From an uncultured Verrucomicrobiae bacterium (GTDB lineage: Bacteria > Chlamydiota > Chlamydiia > Chlamydiales > Rhabdochlamydiaceae): a stretch of 64,000 bases of DNA. The first letter of the stretch is position 1. The number at the start of each line of letters is the position of its first letter. Where the stretch lies: assembly GCA_963806855.1 (NCBI GenBank), contig CAWDYW010000001.1:224001-288000 (forward strand), written 5' to 3'. The notes under the pieces were generated by a model. It ran no database searches, was not told the DNA's origin, and saw only the letters and a program-made list of their open reading frames with translations. Made by a program: the position numbers and the translations under genes. Shown here in pieces: positions 37,445 to 47,295 of the stretch.

Positions 37445-37989
37445 CAGTAAACCACCATCCTGTTGCCATGGGGGAGAACAAATTGAAATGTTTTGCCGCA
37501 GATCGCTATTTGGGCAATCGGTGGAAGAACCGTTTGCGACCAATCGCTCACCCATTTTTTGGAGACGGGATCGAAGAACTGGAGCGAGTAATCTTTTCCA
37601 TTTTTGACAAAGATCTCTTTCCTCTCGGAGCCACCTTTAGATTGAATCACTAGGCAGAGCTCTTTTTCCTTGCTTAGGAAGAGAAAGCCCTCCAATTCTT
37701 GGCAAAACTTTGGGTCGGCATCGATGCCGTTGTTAAACATGAAGTGGAGCGCTTTGGGAGCGATGTCTCGATAGGGCTCTGTTGTGAAGAGCGCATCGGA
37801 ATGGATCGCTTCGAAAATTTGTGTGAGCCGCACATTGAGCACATATTCCCAATGCTTCTCTTGGTGCATCTTGGAGAGTTTGGCATTGGTCTGCATCAGC
37901 TCACGAAAGCTCGAGAAGAGGGTGGTGAGCAAAATCGATGCGAGCGCAAGGCTGATCATCACTTCCAGTAGACTGAGAGGGCGCTTCAT
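37444..37989 (-). CDS. Prepilin-type protein (T2SS pseudopilin J-like)
   Basis: MKRPLSLLEVMISLALASILL type IV prepilin-like N-terminus with E+5. Confidence 0.65.
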   Translation of the reverse strand: MKRPLSLLEVMISLALASILLTTLFSSFRELMQTNAKLSKMHQEKHWEYVLNVRLTQIFEAIHSDALFTTEPYRDIAPKALHFMFNNGIDADPKFCQELEGFLFLSKEKELCLVIQSKGGSERKEIFVKNGKDYSLQFFDPVSKKWVSDWSQTVLPPIAQIAICGKTFQFVLPHGNRMVVY

Positions 37990-38447
37990 TTGACCCCCTT
38001 TTTCTGGGCGACGATATCGCTTGCAGCTATTAGAGCGGTCTCTTTCTTTTTCTGATCGATAAATTCCACTTCGAGATGAAGCAAAACCGTCTCGGTCTTA
38101 TCTTCGCTGACTTTTGGCTTTGTCTTCTCAATAGACACTTTTTTTATGTAGCTCTTTGACCAGCCGCTGAAGGGCTCAACTTTTACCTCTTCGCCAATAC
38201 ACATCTCTATTTTTCCCCCCTCCTTGCCGAAAAGCTTGCTCTGGCTAATGTCCTTTTTATACAGCTGAATTTGGAGGTTGATCAATTCGCTTTGAGCCAG
38301 TTTTTCAAGCTCCATCTCATAGAGAAGATCGATCTCTTTGCGCATGTGTTCGAAAGGATAATGGAGGAAGGGAAAAATCGAAAGGCTCACCAAGGCGAAG
38401 GCGATTAAAATCTCGAAAAGGACAAAGTGGCGACGCTTCATTGACAT
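37986..38447 (-). CDS. Prepilin-type protein (T2SS pseudopilin-like)
   Basis: MKRRHFVLFEILIAFALVSL N-terminus with E+5. Confidence 0.6.
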   Translation of the reverse strand: MSMKRRHFVLFEILIAFALVSLSIFPFLHYPFEHMRKEIDLLYEMELEKLAQSELINLQIQLYKKDISQSKLFGKEGGKIEMCIGEEVKVEPFSGWSKSYIKKVSIEKTKPKVSEDKTETVLLHLEVEFIDQKKKETALIAASDIVAQKKGVK

Positions 38448-38498
38448 TTTTTACAAATAAACATATCATAAAAAGCCTATTTCATTTACTTAAAAAGT

Positions 38499-39485
38499 AT
38501 GGAAACAAGAGGCCGCGCCCTTTATAATCTTATTTTGATGAATTGGCAGGAGGATCCTACCCTTCCCGTTGAACAGTGGCAAGTCGAGGACTACCGTAGC
38601 CTTTCGACAAAAGAACTTTTCAAACGATTAAAGGGACTTGGGATTCCTCTGGATGAGGCCCGCTTCCACAGCTATGCTGAAGCGAGCGATTCTCCCGAAG
38701 AGTTGGCCGATGCCCTGGTCGTCGATGAGGAATTAGACCGTTTCGATGAGGCCTATCTCCTTGTATTTGAACTGTGGCGCCGCCTTCTGCCGGAGAAAGA
38801 ATCACTTTCGATTTTTTGTGACCAGCTCGACTATCTGATCCACCTCTATGATCAAGATCAACTCGATAATGAAGAGACCTTGAACAATGCCCTCGCTGAA
38901 TTTGAGCGGATCCTAGACGAAAATGTCGACCAGGGGGAAGATCCACAAACCCTGTTTCAAGAGATCGCTCTCTATTGTGCCCATGACATTCAGAGTTTCA
39001 TTTACGACTATGCTTCTGACCAGATTGATCATGGTCGCGCGCTCTATGCCTCTGAGCTGATCGACGGATTTGCTCCCTACATCACCGAGGCCAACTGGTT
39101 TGATTTTTTGCAGATGAGACTGCTCGCTGCTGTCGATCCTGAAGAGGGAGAAGTGATGCTCGATCGGATTCTAGAGGACAATCCCGATTTTGAGCTGCTC
39201 CTTGAGATTGCCCGCTACCTAGTCAATCAAGGCGATGTCAGCCATTTCCTCAGAGTGGTCAAATTAGCGCGCAATCTTCTAGAAACAGAACAGGATTTTC
39301 AAGAATTACTCGCCATCACAAGTGAGTTCTACCGCCTTCTCGATCGAGAAGAGGAGTCCCAGAAAGTATTTGATATCCTGAAACAGCGGCAAGGGATTCC
39401 GCTCGAAAAAGAGATCGCCTCAAACGACAAGCACTTCAAAGAGTACTTCAAACTATTTGAGGACCTCGATCGGAGTGAAGCCTAA
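38499..39485 (+). CDS. Acidic helical hypothetical protein
   Basis: 328-aa ORF with core-like codon use, no catalytic motif recognised. Confidence 0.7.
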   Translation: METRGRALYNLILMNWQEDPTLPVEQWQVEDYRSLSTKELFKRLKGLGIPLDEARFHSYAEASDSPEELADALVVDEELDRFDEAYLLVFELWRRLLPEKESLSIFCDQLDYLIHLYDQDQLDNEETLNNALAEFERILDENVDQGEDPQTLFQEIALYCAHDIQSFIYDYASDQIDHGRALYASELIDGFAPYITEANWFDFLQMRLLAAVDPEEGEVMLDRILEDNPDFELLLEIARYLVNQGDVSHFLRVVKLARNLLETEQDFQELLAITSEFYRLLDREEESQKVFDILKQRQGIPLEKEIASNDKHFKEYFKLFEDLDRSEA

Positions 39486-40211
39486 ATAATCTGCCGATGC
39501 GAAGAGGTATTTGACCCCTCTAGCTGTCCCGAAAGGCAAGCTCTTCTCCCTGAGATTATGCAAGTGGCCAAAGACACAGATATCGATCTTAAAATCCTCT
39601 AAAATCGCCGACGCTCTACTTGGAAGCAAATCTTTTCCAATCGGCGGATAATGGGTGAGAGCAATGCGCACGCTAGCCTCGGGGTCCAACTGCTCCAAAC
39701 TCAATTTCAGCCGCTCCAATTCTCTGACGAAAATCCGCTCCGCTTCTTCCTTCTTGGCTGCAATCTCCTCCGCGCTGAGTTTTTTGGCGCGGGGGTTTTC
39801 GACATATTCGGTCACATCCCCAAAGCCATATTCATTGGTATCCCAAAGGCGGGCGCCTCCGAAGGTGATCCCATTCCAGTTAAAGGCATTATTCTGAATG
39901 AAGTGGATGCTCGGAGGTAGAATCCCCCTCAATTTCGCTGCTGATGGCCACCAATAGTCGTGATTGCCCCTGATGATCAACTTATCGCCGGGCAGTCGAT
40001 CGATCCAATCTAGGTCTTTGAGCGCTTCGTCGAGCTGCATTGCCCACGAGATATCGCCAGGGACCAGCACTAGGTCGCCCGGTTTGACCACCCTCTCCCA
40101 ATTCTCCTTGATCCGCTCAGCGTAGTTGTGCCATGCGGTGCCAAAGACCTCCATGGTCTTAGCCGGCGCGCCAAATGCCAGGTGCAAATCTGATAAAGCC
40201 CATATGGTCAT
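39453..40211 (-). CDS. Calcineurin-like metallophosphoesterase
   Basis: SDLH, GDIS, GNHD, THYPP, GHLH. Confidence 0.9.
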   Translation of the reverse strand: MTIWALSDLHLAFGAPAKTMEVFGTAWHNYAERIKENWERVVKPGDLVLVPGDISWAMQLDEALKDLDWIDRLPGDKLIIRGNHDYWWPSAAKLRGILPPSIHFIQNNAFNWNGITFGGARLWDTNEYGFGDVTEYVENPRAKKLSAEEIAAKKEEAERIFVRELERLKLSLEQLDPEASVRIALTHYPPIGKDLLPSRASAILEDFKIDICVFGHLHNLREKSLPFGTARGVKYLFASADYLGFTPIEVLK

Positions 40212-40237
40212 GGGTTCATGTTAACAGATCGAACGAT

Positions 40238-41548
40238 TCAAAGCACAAAGTTGTCGGGGATTTCGGTGCCGGAAGTGACGACAATGATCCCATCGCGGAT
40301 GAAGATGCCGTCGCCTTCGTATTTGTCGAGATTGTCTTTGTTGATCAATTGGACGTTATTACCGATGCGGCACTCTTCGTCGATGATCGCCTTGGAGATA
40401 ACGCAATTTTCCCCAATCGAATAGTACTGGTTGGCCGGCATCACCTGATTGAGGAACGGGTGGTAGGTCCGGTTGCCGGCGATGATCGAATCGCGGATCA
40501 CTGTCCCTTTTTTGATGAGACTCCGGACGCCGACGATGCTGTGCTCGATTGATTCAGCCTCAATGATCGACCCTTGGCCGATGAGCGAGCCTTTGATGCG
40601 GGTCCCCAGGATCATCGCATTGGGGACATGCTGGGGGGCGGCGTAGATCCGGTTGTCCTCGATGTAGGTATTGAGCCCTTTGCCTTCGGTCAGGAGCAAA
40701 TTCGCTTGATAATAGGAGGCAACGGTTCCGATGTCTTCCCAGTAGCCTTCATAAAGGTAGGCGCAACATTTCGCACGATGGATGAATTTCGGGATCAGGT
40801 CGCGGCCAAAATCGTCGCCCCCTTGCTCGAGGATGTCGATGAGGGCTTGCCGTTTGAAAATGTAGATTCCCATCGAGGCAAGATACTGGGTTTTATCTGT
40901 CGTTTTGCCATTTTCCTTCAGAAAAGCACTTGAGAGCTCATACTGTTTTAAGATATTGGGATCTTGCGGTTTCTCATGGAATTCGGTGATCGTACTCATC
41001 GCATTGATCTTCAGCAGACCCATCCGCTTGGCTTCAGGTTCGAGGACAGGGAGGGCTGCAATCACCATGTCGGCATCTTTGCTGGTCGCGAAATTGAGCA
41101 TCGCGATGAGATCCATGTTGTAAAGCTGGTCTCCCGAGAGGATTAAGAACCATTCGGCATTTGAGCGGAGGATGTAGTCGAGCGATTGCCGGATCGCATC
41201 GGCGGTTCCTTTGAACCACTCTTTCCCTTTGGCGGTCTCTTGGGGGGTGAGGAGCTCGAGCCCGCCTGTGCGGAACATATCGAGCTGGTAAGTGGTTAGG
41301 ATATGCTGATGGAGCTCGGAAGCGAAGTATTGTGAGATGACGAAGATCTGGTTGATATTGGAGTTAAGCGAGTTAGAGAGGGGGACATCGATGAGACGGT
41401 AGCGGCCGCCGAAAGAAACGGCCGGTTTACAGCGGGTTGCGGTGAGGGGGTGAAGGCGGGTTCCCTGTCCTCCAGCTAAAATAATGGTGGCGACCTTCTT
41501 AAAAAAGTCATCCCCTTGTTTCTTGCTGATTAAATCTCTTGCATTCAT
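40238..41548 (-). CDS. glgC: Glucose-1-phosphate adenylyltransferase
   Basis: LAGGQGTRLHPLT, KPAVSFGGRYRLID, GTADAIRQ, YWEDIGT. Alternative start at 41569. Confidence 0.95.
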   Translation of the reverse strand: MNARDLISKKQGDDFFKKVATIILAGGQGTRLHPLTATRCKPAVSFGGRYRLIDVPLSNSLNSNINQIFVISQYFASELHQHILTTYQLDMFRTGGLELLTPQETAKGKEWFKGTADAIRQSLDYILRSNAEWFLILSGDQLYNMDLIAMLNFATSKDADMVIAALPVLEPEAKRMGLLKINAMSTITEFHEKPQDPNILKQYELSSAFLKENGKTTDKTQYLASMGIYIFKRQALIDILEQGGDDFGRDLIPKFIHRAKCCAYLYEGYWEDIGTVASYYQANLLLTEGKGLNTYIEDNRIYAAPQHVPNAMILGTRIKGSLIGQGSIIEAESIEHSIVGVRSLIKKGTVIRDSIIAGNRTYHPFLNQVMPANQYYSIGENCVISKAIIDEECRIGNNVQLINKDNLDKYEGDGIFIRDGIIVVTSGTEIPDNFVL

Positions 41549-41605
41549 CTTATACTTTACAATTAGCATGAATTACAATTAACTATCTAAGTATTTCTTA
41601 TGTGA

Positions 41606-42499
41606 TTAATTTTGAACGCCAAATCGACCAAGGAAATAGTCTCGAATGCCCGCTAAGGCCGCTCTAGACTTGCGGCGAAGATCGGGAGGGGTCTTTGGGG
41701 AGAGGGAGAGCTGGATGAGGCGCAAAAACTCGGGAATGTCGTTTTTTCGCCATCGTTTCTGGGTGTTGCGCCGATGAAAAAGGAGTCGATTCCGATAGTA
41801 ATAATACTGCCAAGTAGGGCCCCGGTTTCCCTCAGGAAATGAAGCGGAAACTTTATGCCAAACACGGGCTTTGGGGACGTATAGGCATTTGTAGCCAGCT
41901 CTGCGGATGCGATAGCACCAATCGATCTCTTCCCAAATGAGAAAGTATTCAGGCGCAAGCAATCCTACTTTCTCGATCACTTCGGCCCGGACCGCCAAAG
42001 CGCAGCCGCAAATGTATTCGGTCTCTTTTTCTTCATTATATCCTTCAGTTGCGCCACAGCCTATGTGGTAGCAGCTGCCCGTTTTCTGATCGACGCCTCC
42101 CCCGGCATGCCAGATGGTGGCTGGCTCGTCGTAGAAATAGATCTTTGTTCCAAAGACGCCGGCGTTTGGGTGATTTTGGGCAGCTTTGGCTAGCTCTGAG
42201 AGAAGATGGGGGGAGACGATGGTGTCATTGTTGAGCAATAAGAGCAGCTTGCCGCCCCGTTTTAGACCTTCGCAGAGGCCCCGATTATTCCCTTCAGCAT
42301 ACCCGAGGTTTTCCCCATTTTCCAAAATATAGAGGTGCGGATATTGGGTTCTAATTTTTATAAGTGAATCATCGGTCGAGCCGTTGTCGACCAGGATGAT
42401 TTCATAATTGGAGTAATCGATTTTGTCTAGCGAAGCAAGGCACTCGAGGGTGTCAGGAGCGTTGTTCCAATTCAGGACGATGACGACAATTTTAAACAT
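41606..42499 (-). CDS. GT2 glycosyltransferase
   Basis: LNWN, VDNGSTD, NLGYAEGNN, LLNNDT, EEIDWC. Confidence 0.9.
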   Translation of the reverse strand: MFKIVVIVLNWNNAPDTLECLASLDKIDYSNYEIILVDNGSTDDSLIKIRTQYPHLYILENGENLGYAEGNNRGLCEGLKRGGKLLLLLNNDTIVSPHLLSELAKAAQNHPNAGVFGTKIYFYDEPATIWHAGGGVDQKTGSCYHIGCGATEGYNEEKETEYICGCALAVRAEVIEKVGLLAPEYFLIWEEIDWCYRIRRAGYKCLYVPKARVWHKVSASFPEGNRGPTWQYYYYRNRLLFHRRNTQKRWRKNDIPEFLRLIQLSLSPKTPPDLRRKSRAALAGIRDYFLGRFGVQN

Positions 42500-43394
42500 T
42501 CACTTTTTCAAAGAGTTCTGCCGCATTATAGCTAGAGCGGATGAAGGGGCCGCAGTGCATGTACTTGACGCCAATTTTTAACCCATACTCTTCATATTTT
42601 TTGAAGGTGTCGGGATGGACAAATTCTTTGACGAGCAATTTTTTTCGATTCGCCTGCAAATATTGGCCAATGGTGATGATGGAGCAGCCAGCCCTATGGA
42701 GATCTTCAATGGTCTCTAACATCTCTTCCTGAGTCTCGCCGAGGCCTACCATGATGCCCGATTTGACGAAGAGCGATTTCCCTGACGCTTTGATGTAGCT
42801 GAGGATCTCAAGCGTCCGTTCGTAGGTCGCTTTGTGGCGTACGCGGGGACTGAGGCGGCGGACCGTTTCGATGTTGTAGTTGTAGATTTCGGGCGATTCA
42901 TTTAGGACAAGGTCGATCGAGCTCAATTTCCCTTCAAAATCAGAGGTGAGCACTTCGATAGTGCAGCCGGGATTCACCTTGCGGGTTTCTTTTATAATCT
43001 CTGCAATATGCGCTGCACCCCCATCAGGCAAATCGTCGCGCGCGACCATGGTGATCACGACGTGTTTGAGGCCTAGTTCCTTGACGGAAAGGGCGATCCG
43101 ATTTGGCTCATCTGGCTCGGGCCCTTTGGGGGTCTTTGAAAAATCGATATCGCAAAAGCCGCAGTTGCGCGAGCATTCTTTGCCAAGGGCTAAAAAGGTG
43201 GCGGTCTTTTTGGAGTAACACTCGAATCGGTTGGGGCACTTGGCCTCTTCGCAGACGGTATTGAGGCCATATTTCTTGAGGAGTTCGCCCGTTTTATAGA
43301 GCGCTCCTCCGGCCGGCAATTTTCTGTGTAGCCAGGAGGGGAAGCGGCCAAGATTCTCCTCCGGATTTGGAGGTAATACGTTTAGCTTATTCAT
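42492..43394 (-). CDS. lipA: Lipoyl synthase
   Basis: CEEAKCPNRFEC and CSRNCGFC clusters, RSSY. Confidence 0.96.
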   Translation of the reverse strand: MNKLNVLPPNPEENLGRFPSWLHRKLPAGGALYKTGELLKKYGLNTVCEEAKCPNRFECYSKKTATFLALGKECSRNCGFCDIDFSKTPKGPEPDEPNRIALSVKELGLKHVVITMVARDDLPDGGAAHIAEIIKETRKVNPGCTIEVLTSDFEGKLSSIDLVLNESPEIYNYNIETVRRLSPRVRHKATYERTLEILSYIKASGKSLFVKSGIMVGLGETQEEMLETIEDLHRAGCSIITIGQYLQANRKKLLVKEFVHPDTFKKYEEYGLKIGVKYMHCGPFIRSSYNAAELFEKVNV

Positions 43395-44791
43395 CGCTTT
43401 CTTCTCGGGGGGAGATGAATGGGTGTATCGAGTGCCACCAACGCCGCTTCTAACCAGGCTTCGGCTACAGTGGGGTGGGCGTGGATCGTGTCGGCGACAC
43501 ATTCGGCGGTCAGTTCATTGTTGATTGCCAAAGTGATTTCCGCAATCAGGGTAGCCGCTTCGTGGCCGACCACTTGGGCGCCGAGAATTTGCCCGGTCTT
43601 TTTGTCGATGATCACTTCTGCAAACCCTTCTGTGTCGATGGTGGCAATCGATTTGCCGAGCGCTTGGAAGGGGAATTGACCAATCGATGCATCGTATCCA
43701 GCCTCTTTGGCTTGTTCGAGTGTCATGCCGACTGTCGCGATCTCGGGAGTGGTGAAAATCACAGCTGGGACTGCATTGTAGTGCATTTCCATTGGGCGGC
43801 CGATGATGTTGGATGCGGCGACGATCCCCTGATGGCTAGCGACGTGGGCGAGCATAACTTGCCCTGTCACGTCGCCGATCGCATAGATGCCGGGGACATT
43901 GGTCTGCATTTTGGAGTTGACGAGGACCGCTCCCCTATCGCTTAACTTTACGCCTGCTCTTTCAAGGCCGAGATTGCTCGAAATGACTTTTCGGCCGACC
44001 GAGACAAGGGCAAGATCAGCGTAGACAGGTTCTTGGCCGCGCAATTTGATGCTGACCCCATCGCCAGAGTACTCGATCCCTTCGACAAAGACATTCGTTT
44101 GGAGGTTGATCCCTTGCTTGGTGAATGCGTTTGTCATCACATTGGCGACCGCTTTTCCTTGGAGCGCCAAAATGGTCGGAAGGGCTTCGAGGATCGTCAC
44201 TTTCACCCCGAACGCATTGTAGAGGGCGGCAAACTCACAACCGATGTAGCCGCCGCCGATGATCGCGAGCGATTTGGGGAGTTTGGTCAGCTCCAAAATC
44301 GAGGAGGAGTTGAGGATTCGCTTGTGGTCATAGGGGAAGGCGGGGATGTCGAGCGGCTCAGAACCAGTGGCGATGATGATGTTTTCCGATTCGAGCATCA
44401 GATTATTGGCGCCGCTGACCTTGATCTCAGTAGTTGATTGAAACTGAGCTGTTCCATTGATGATCGTGATTTTATTAGATTGCAGCAGCCCGCCGAGACT
44501 TTTGCGGATTTTTTCAACCACTTGATCTTTGCGGCTTTTCATTTTGGAAAAATCAAATGAGACAGAGCCGGTCGTGATGCCGTAGTCTTGTGCCATTTTG
44601 ATTTTTTCCATGATGGTTGCATTGGCAAGGAGAGTCTTGGTTGGAATGCACCCAACATTCAGACAGCTGCCACCTAGAAAGTTCTTTTCGACAAGGGCGA
44701 CACTTCTTCCATTTTGTGCGGCTTTAATTGCTGCAACATAGCCGCCCGGCCCGGCCCCAATCACAATAACGTCAAATTTTTTCTTTTCCAT
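43391..44791 (-). CDS. lpdA: Dihydrolipoyl dehydrogenase
   Basis: GAGPGGY, CLNVGCIP, HAHPTVAE. Confidence 0.96.
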   Translation of the reverse strand: MEKKKFDVIVIGAGPGGYVAAIKAAQNGRSVALVEKNFLGGSCLNVGCIPTKTLLANATIMEKIKMAQDYGITTGSVSFDFSKMKSRKDQVVEKIRKSLGGLLQSNKITIINGTAQFQSTTEIKVSGANNLMLESENIIIATGSEPLDIPAFPYDHKRILNSSSILELTKLPKSLAIIGGGYIGCEFAALYNAFGVKVTILEALPTILALQGKAVANVMTNAFTKQGINLQTNVFVEGIEYSGDGVSIKLRGQEPVYADLALVSVGRKVISSNLGLERAGVKLSDRGAVLVNSKMQTNVPGIYAIGDVTGQVMLAHVASHQGIVAASNIIGRPMEMHYNAVPAVIFTTPEIATVGMTLEQAKEAGYDASIGQFPFQALGKSIATIDTEGFAEVIIDKKTGQILGAQVVGHEAATLIAEITLAINNELTAECVADTIHAHPTVAEAWLEAALVALDTPIHLPPRRKR

Positions 44792-44872
44792 TACATACCT
44801 CGTGATACTAGTTAGTGTACATTGAGTGAAAAAATAGTGAAAGTTTTATCCCGCTTGTGCCAAGATAAGGGC

Positions 44873-45358
44873 ATGAAAACGACAGATAAAGAGAAGATGT
44901 GTATGAGCTGCGAAGGGAGAATCCCCCTTAACGCAGACAAATGTTCCTTTTGTGGCGCAGAGCAAAAGAGTTCCTATCGAACCCCGATTTTTCAAAATCA
45001 ATCTTTAGAAGACAGCCTCGCCTCGCTTTATACTCCGCCCTACCAAGGCAAACGGCCTCAATTCACAAAACCCACTGAAGAACCCATGCAGATTTACAAA
45101 GAAGTGACGGAAAAACCGGAGATGGATCCCATTTTAGGCACCCTGCCTCAGGAAGAAGAGGTGCCTGCGAAAAGTAGCCTATGGACTACCGTCTTGCTCT
45201 TTGCCGGGGCCAATTTTCTTTTCTTGGGACTGATGCAACTCTTCTTTTCTAAGAACGGGATCTTACGCCTAGAGTGGGATGCCCATTACTGGTTCCTCTA
45301 TTGCCTCGTTGCAGCGCCCTGCCTATTTTTTGGATACAAAAAGTTCAAAGAACTGTAA
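44873..45358 (+). CDS. Hypothetical Zn-ribbon membrane protein
   Basis: CMSC..CSFC N-terminus, two C-terminal TMs. Confidence 0.7.
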   Translation: MKTTDKEKMCMSCEGRIPLNADKCSFCGAEQKSSYRTPIFQNQSLEDSLASLYTPPYQGKRPQFTKPTEEPMQIYKEVTEKPEMDPILGTLPQEEEVPAKSSLWTTVLLFAGANFLFLGLMQLFFSKNGILRLEWDAHYWFLYCLVAAPCLFFGYKKFKEL

Positions 45359-45367
45359 TAGGTTTTG

Positions 45368-45715
45368 CTAACTAAGCCCGAATGCGACCTTTATTGCATC
45401 TTCCACTAATTTCATAACGTCTTCATCTACACTAGTCAGCTTTTTCCCAAGGCGAGATTTATCAACGGTTCTACATTGATTAAGCATGATCTTGGACGCC
45501 GTTCCATTTACATCCACTTTTGCTTCAAAGGAAAAGATTCTTTTGATTTTACTTGTGATGGGGGCTATTATGACTATTCCAGAAGCTGCATTACTGGAAT
45601 CGTTAGAAACTATTAAAGCGGGTCTAGTTTTTTTAGTTTCTGATCCCACAGCCGGATCGAGATTAACCCAATAGATCTCCCCTCGTTTTGGGAAGTTATT
45701 GTTTTTACCACTCAT
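45368..45715 (-). CDS. mazF: PemK/MazF-family toxin
   Basis: PKRGEIYWVNLDPAVGSETKKTRPALIVSND, APITS, QCRTVDKSRL. Confidence 0.92.
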   Translation of the reverse strand: MSGKNNNFPKRGEIYWVNLDPAVGSETKKTRPALIVSNDSSNAASGIVIIAPITSKIKRIFSFEAKVDVNGTASKIMLNQCRTVDKSRLGKKLTSVDEDVMKLVEDAIKVAFGLS

Positions 45716-45965
45716 CTAAATCGCTACCCAATCCATCGCCAACAGTACTTTCCCAGTCGGCAATTGCTTCTCTCTGACCTTCATCTTCATTTGCTGCAAG
45801 GTATTCTTTTTTGAGCTCTTCCTTTTTATATTCCAATTCCTTACGAATAGCATCGCTCACAAACTGACTCATCTCGCGTCTTCTGACATATACATGCAGA
45901 TCCTTCGAGACATCTGCAGGTAGGGAGAAGGTTTGGTTGATCCTCTTTGATTCTTGCTTTCTCAT
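45705..45965 (-). CDS. Cognate antitoxin (RHH-like)
   Basis: TFSLPADV...MSQFVSDAIR RHH pattern, acidic tail, overlaps the toxin start. Confidence 0.8.
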   Translation of the reverse strand: MRKQESKRINQTFSLPADVSKDLHVYVRRREMSQFVSDAIRKELEYKKEELKKEYLAANEDEGQREAIADWESTVGDGLGSDLDEW

Positions 45966-46077
45966 ACTTTTATTGTACCATACGAATTATTAACTATGCA
46001 ATATTAATTAATAATATTTATAGAAAAAAATACAAACGCTTCATAGTAAACGACTTGCGTAAAACAAGGGATATATT

Positions 46078-47295
46078 TTATTTCACTTTAATGGCAAGAA
46101 GGGACTGGCTGCGCTTTGAGGCGACTAGTTGTATTGAAGCCATTATACAGAGCACTCCGCCCAATACAAGAGCTGGTGTCGAGCCGAAAGAGGTGCAGAG
46201 CAGTGTGCCGCAGAAGGGGACAAATAGCCCTCGTAATCCCACAGTGACCACATTGACAGAACTATACACGGAGCTATCCTCTTGCCGTGCGAAGAGAGGG
46301 CCAGAGAGGTGCCAAGAGAGCTCGCTTCCCGCTTGCATCACGCCGTAGATCAGATAGGCGATATAGATCCAACTGATTTGGAACTTAGCGCAGAGCAGCA
46401 GGACGGGGAAAAGGGCTGCTAAGACGGTCACCAGAGCGCTGAAATGATAGATGTTGAGCCGATCCATCCATCGGGCCCAAATATTGCTTGTGAGTGCAAA
46501 TCCAATCCCTTTGCAGGCTGCAATCGCAGCTGCCAAAGCTGTGTACGAGAGGGCCAATTCTTTCATGAAAAATTCAGGCAGGGCCGGCTGCATCAGCATC
46601 AGGCCGCTGCCACCGAGCATAAATCCAATTTGATAGTGAGTAAAGTCAGGGCGCGTTTTGAGCAATTGCCAACTATTTTTCCATGGACGCAATAGAGCTG
46701 CTTTCATGTCGAAGGGGATCTTTTCTAGAGGAGCTTTTGTCGTCGGGATCAGGAGTAGAAAGAGGGTGGCGATGAAACTGAGAAGAGCCGTCATTGGAAA
46801 AATGATCCGCCATATACCAGGCTCTATATCCATCCATCTGCCAAATAAGATTGGCAAAAGAGCCGCTCCCCCATTGGAGAGGATCGAGCCATAGGAGAAG
46901 GTTCGGTGCCGCTTGCCCTCGGGTAAATTTCGTTTGAGGATCTCCATCCAGGCCGGGATGATCCCCCGCTTCAGCATTAAAAAGATGCCCCCTGCCGCTA
47001 CGACAAACCAGGGGTTATCGATAAAGGGGAAAAAGAAAAACGGAAGGTGGCCGAGGAGTGTCGCGATGATGATATTCGAGCGGAGCCGATCGGGGCGATT
47101 GTGGACGAGGGCGCTCCAGTAGGGGGAGAAAAGAGAGAGGACCGGTTTGAGGGCGATCAGGCAGGTGATCTGGAGATAGGTGGCCTTGAGATCTTTGCTC
47201 AGGATAAAGAGCAGAAGCGCATACATGCCCCAAAAGGGTGCTTTTAGGAGGCTTGTCCAAATGAAGGCATGTATAGTTCTCTTATCATTACGCAT
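46078..47295 (-). CDS. MFS transporter
   Basis: About 12 hydrophobic segments in 405 aa. Confidence 0.8.
   Translation of the reverse strand: MRNDKRTIHAFIWTSLLKAPFWGMYALLLFILSKDLKATYLQITCLIALKPVLSLFSPYWSALVHNRPDRLRSNIIIATLLGHLPFFFFPFIDNPWFVVAAGGIFLMLKRGIIPAWMEILKRNLPEGKRHRTFSYGSILSNGGAALLPILFGRWMDIEPGIWRIIFPMTALLSFIATLFLLLIPTTKAPLEKIPFDMKAALLRPWKNSWQLLKTRPDFTHYQIGFMLGGSGLMLMQPALPEFFMKELALSYTALAAAIAACKGIGFALTSNIWARWMDRLNIYHFSALVTVLAALFPVLLLCAKFQISWIYIAYLIYGVMQAGSELSWHLSGPLFARQEDSSVYSSVNVVTVGLRGLFVPFCGTLLCTSFGSTPALVLGGVLCIMASIQLVASKRSQSLLAIKVK

Noticed and set aside
45368..45965. MazF-type TA pair as a novel system
   Set aside because: Canonical type II module, listed as a feature only
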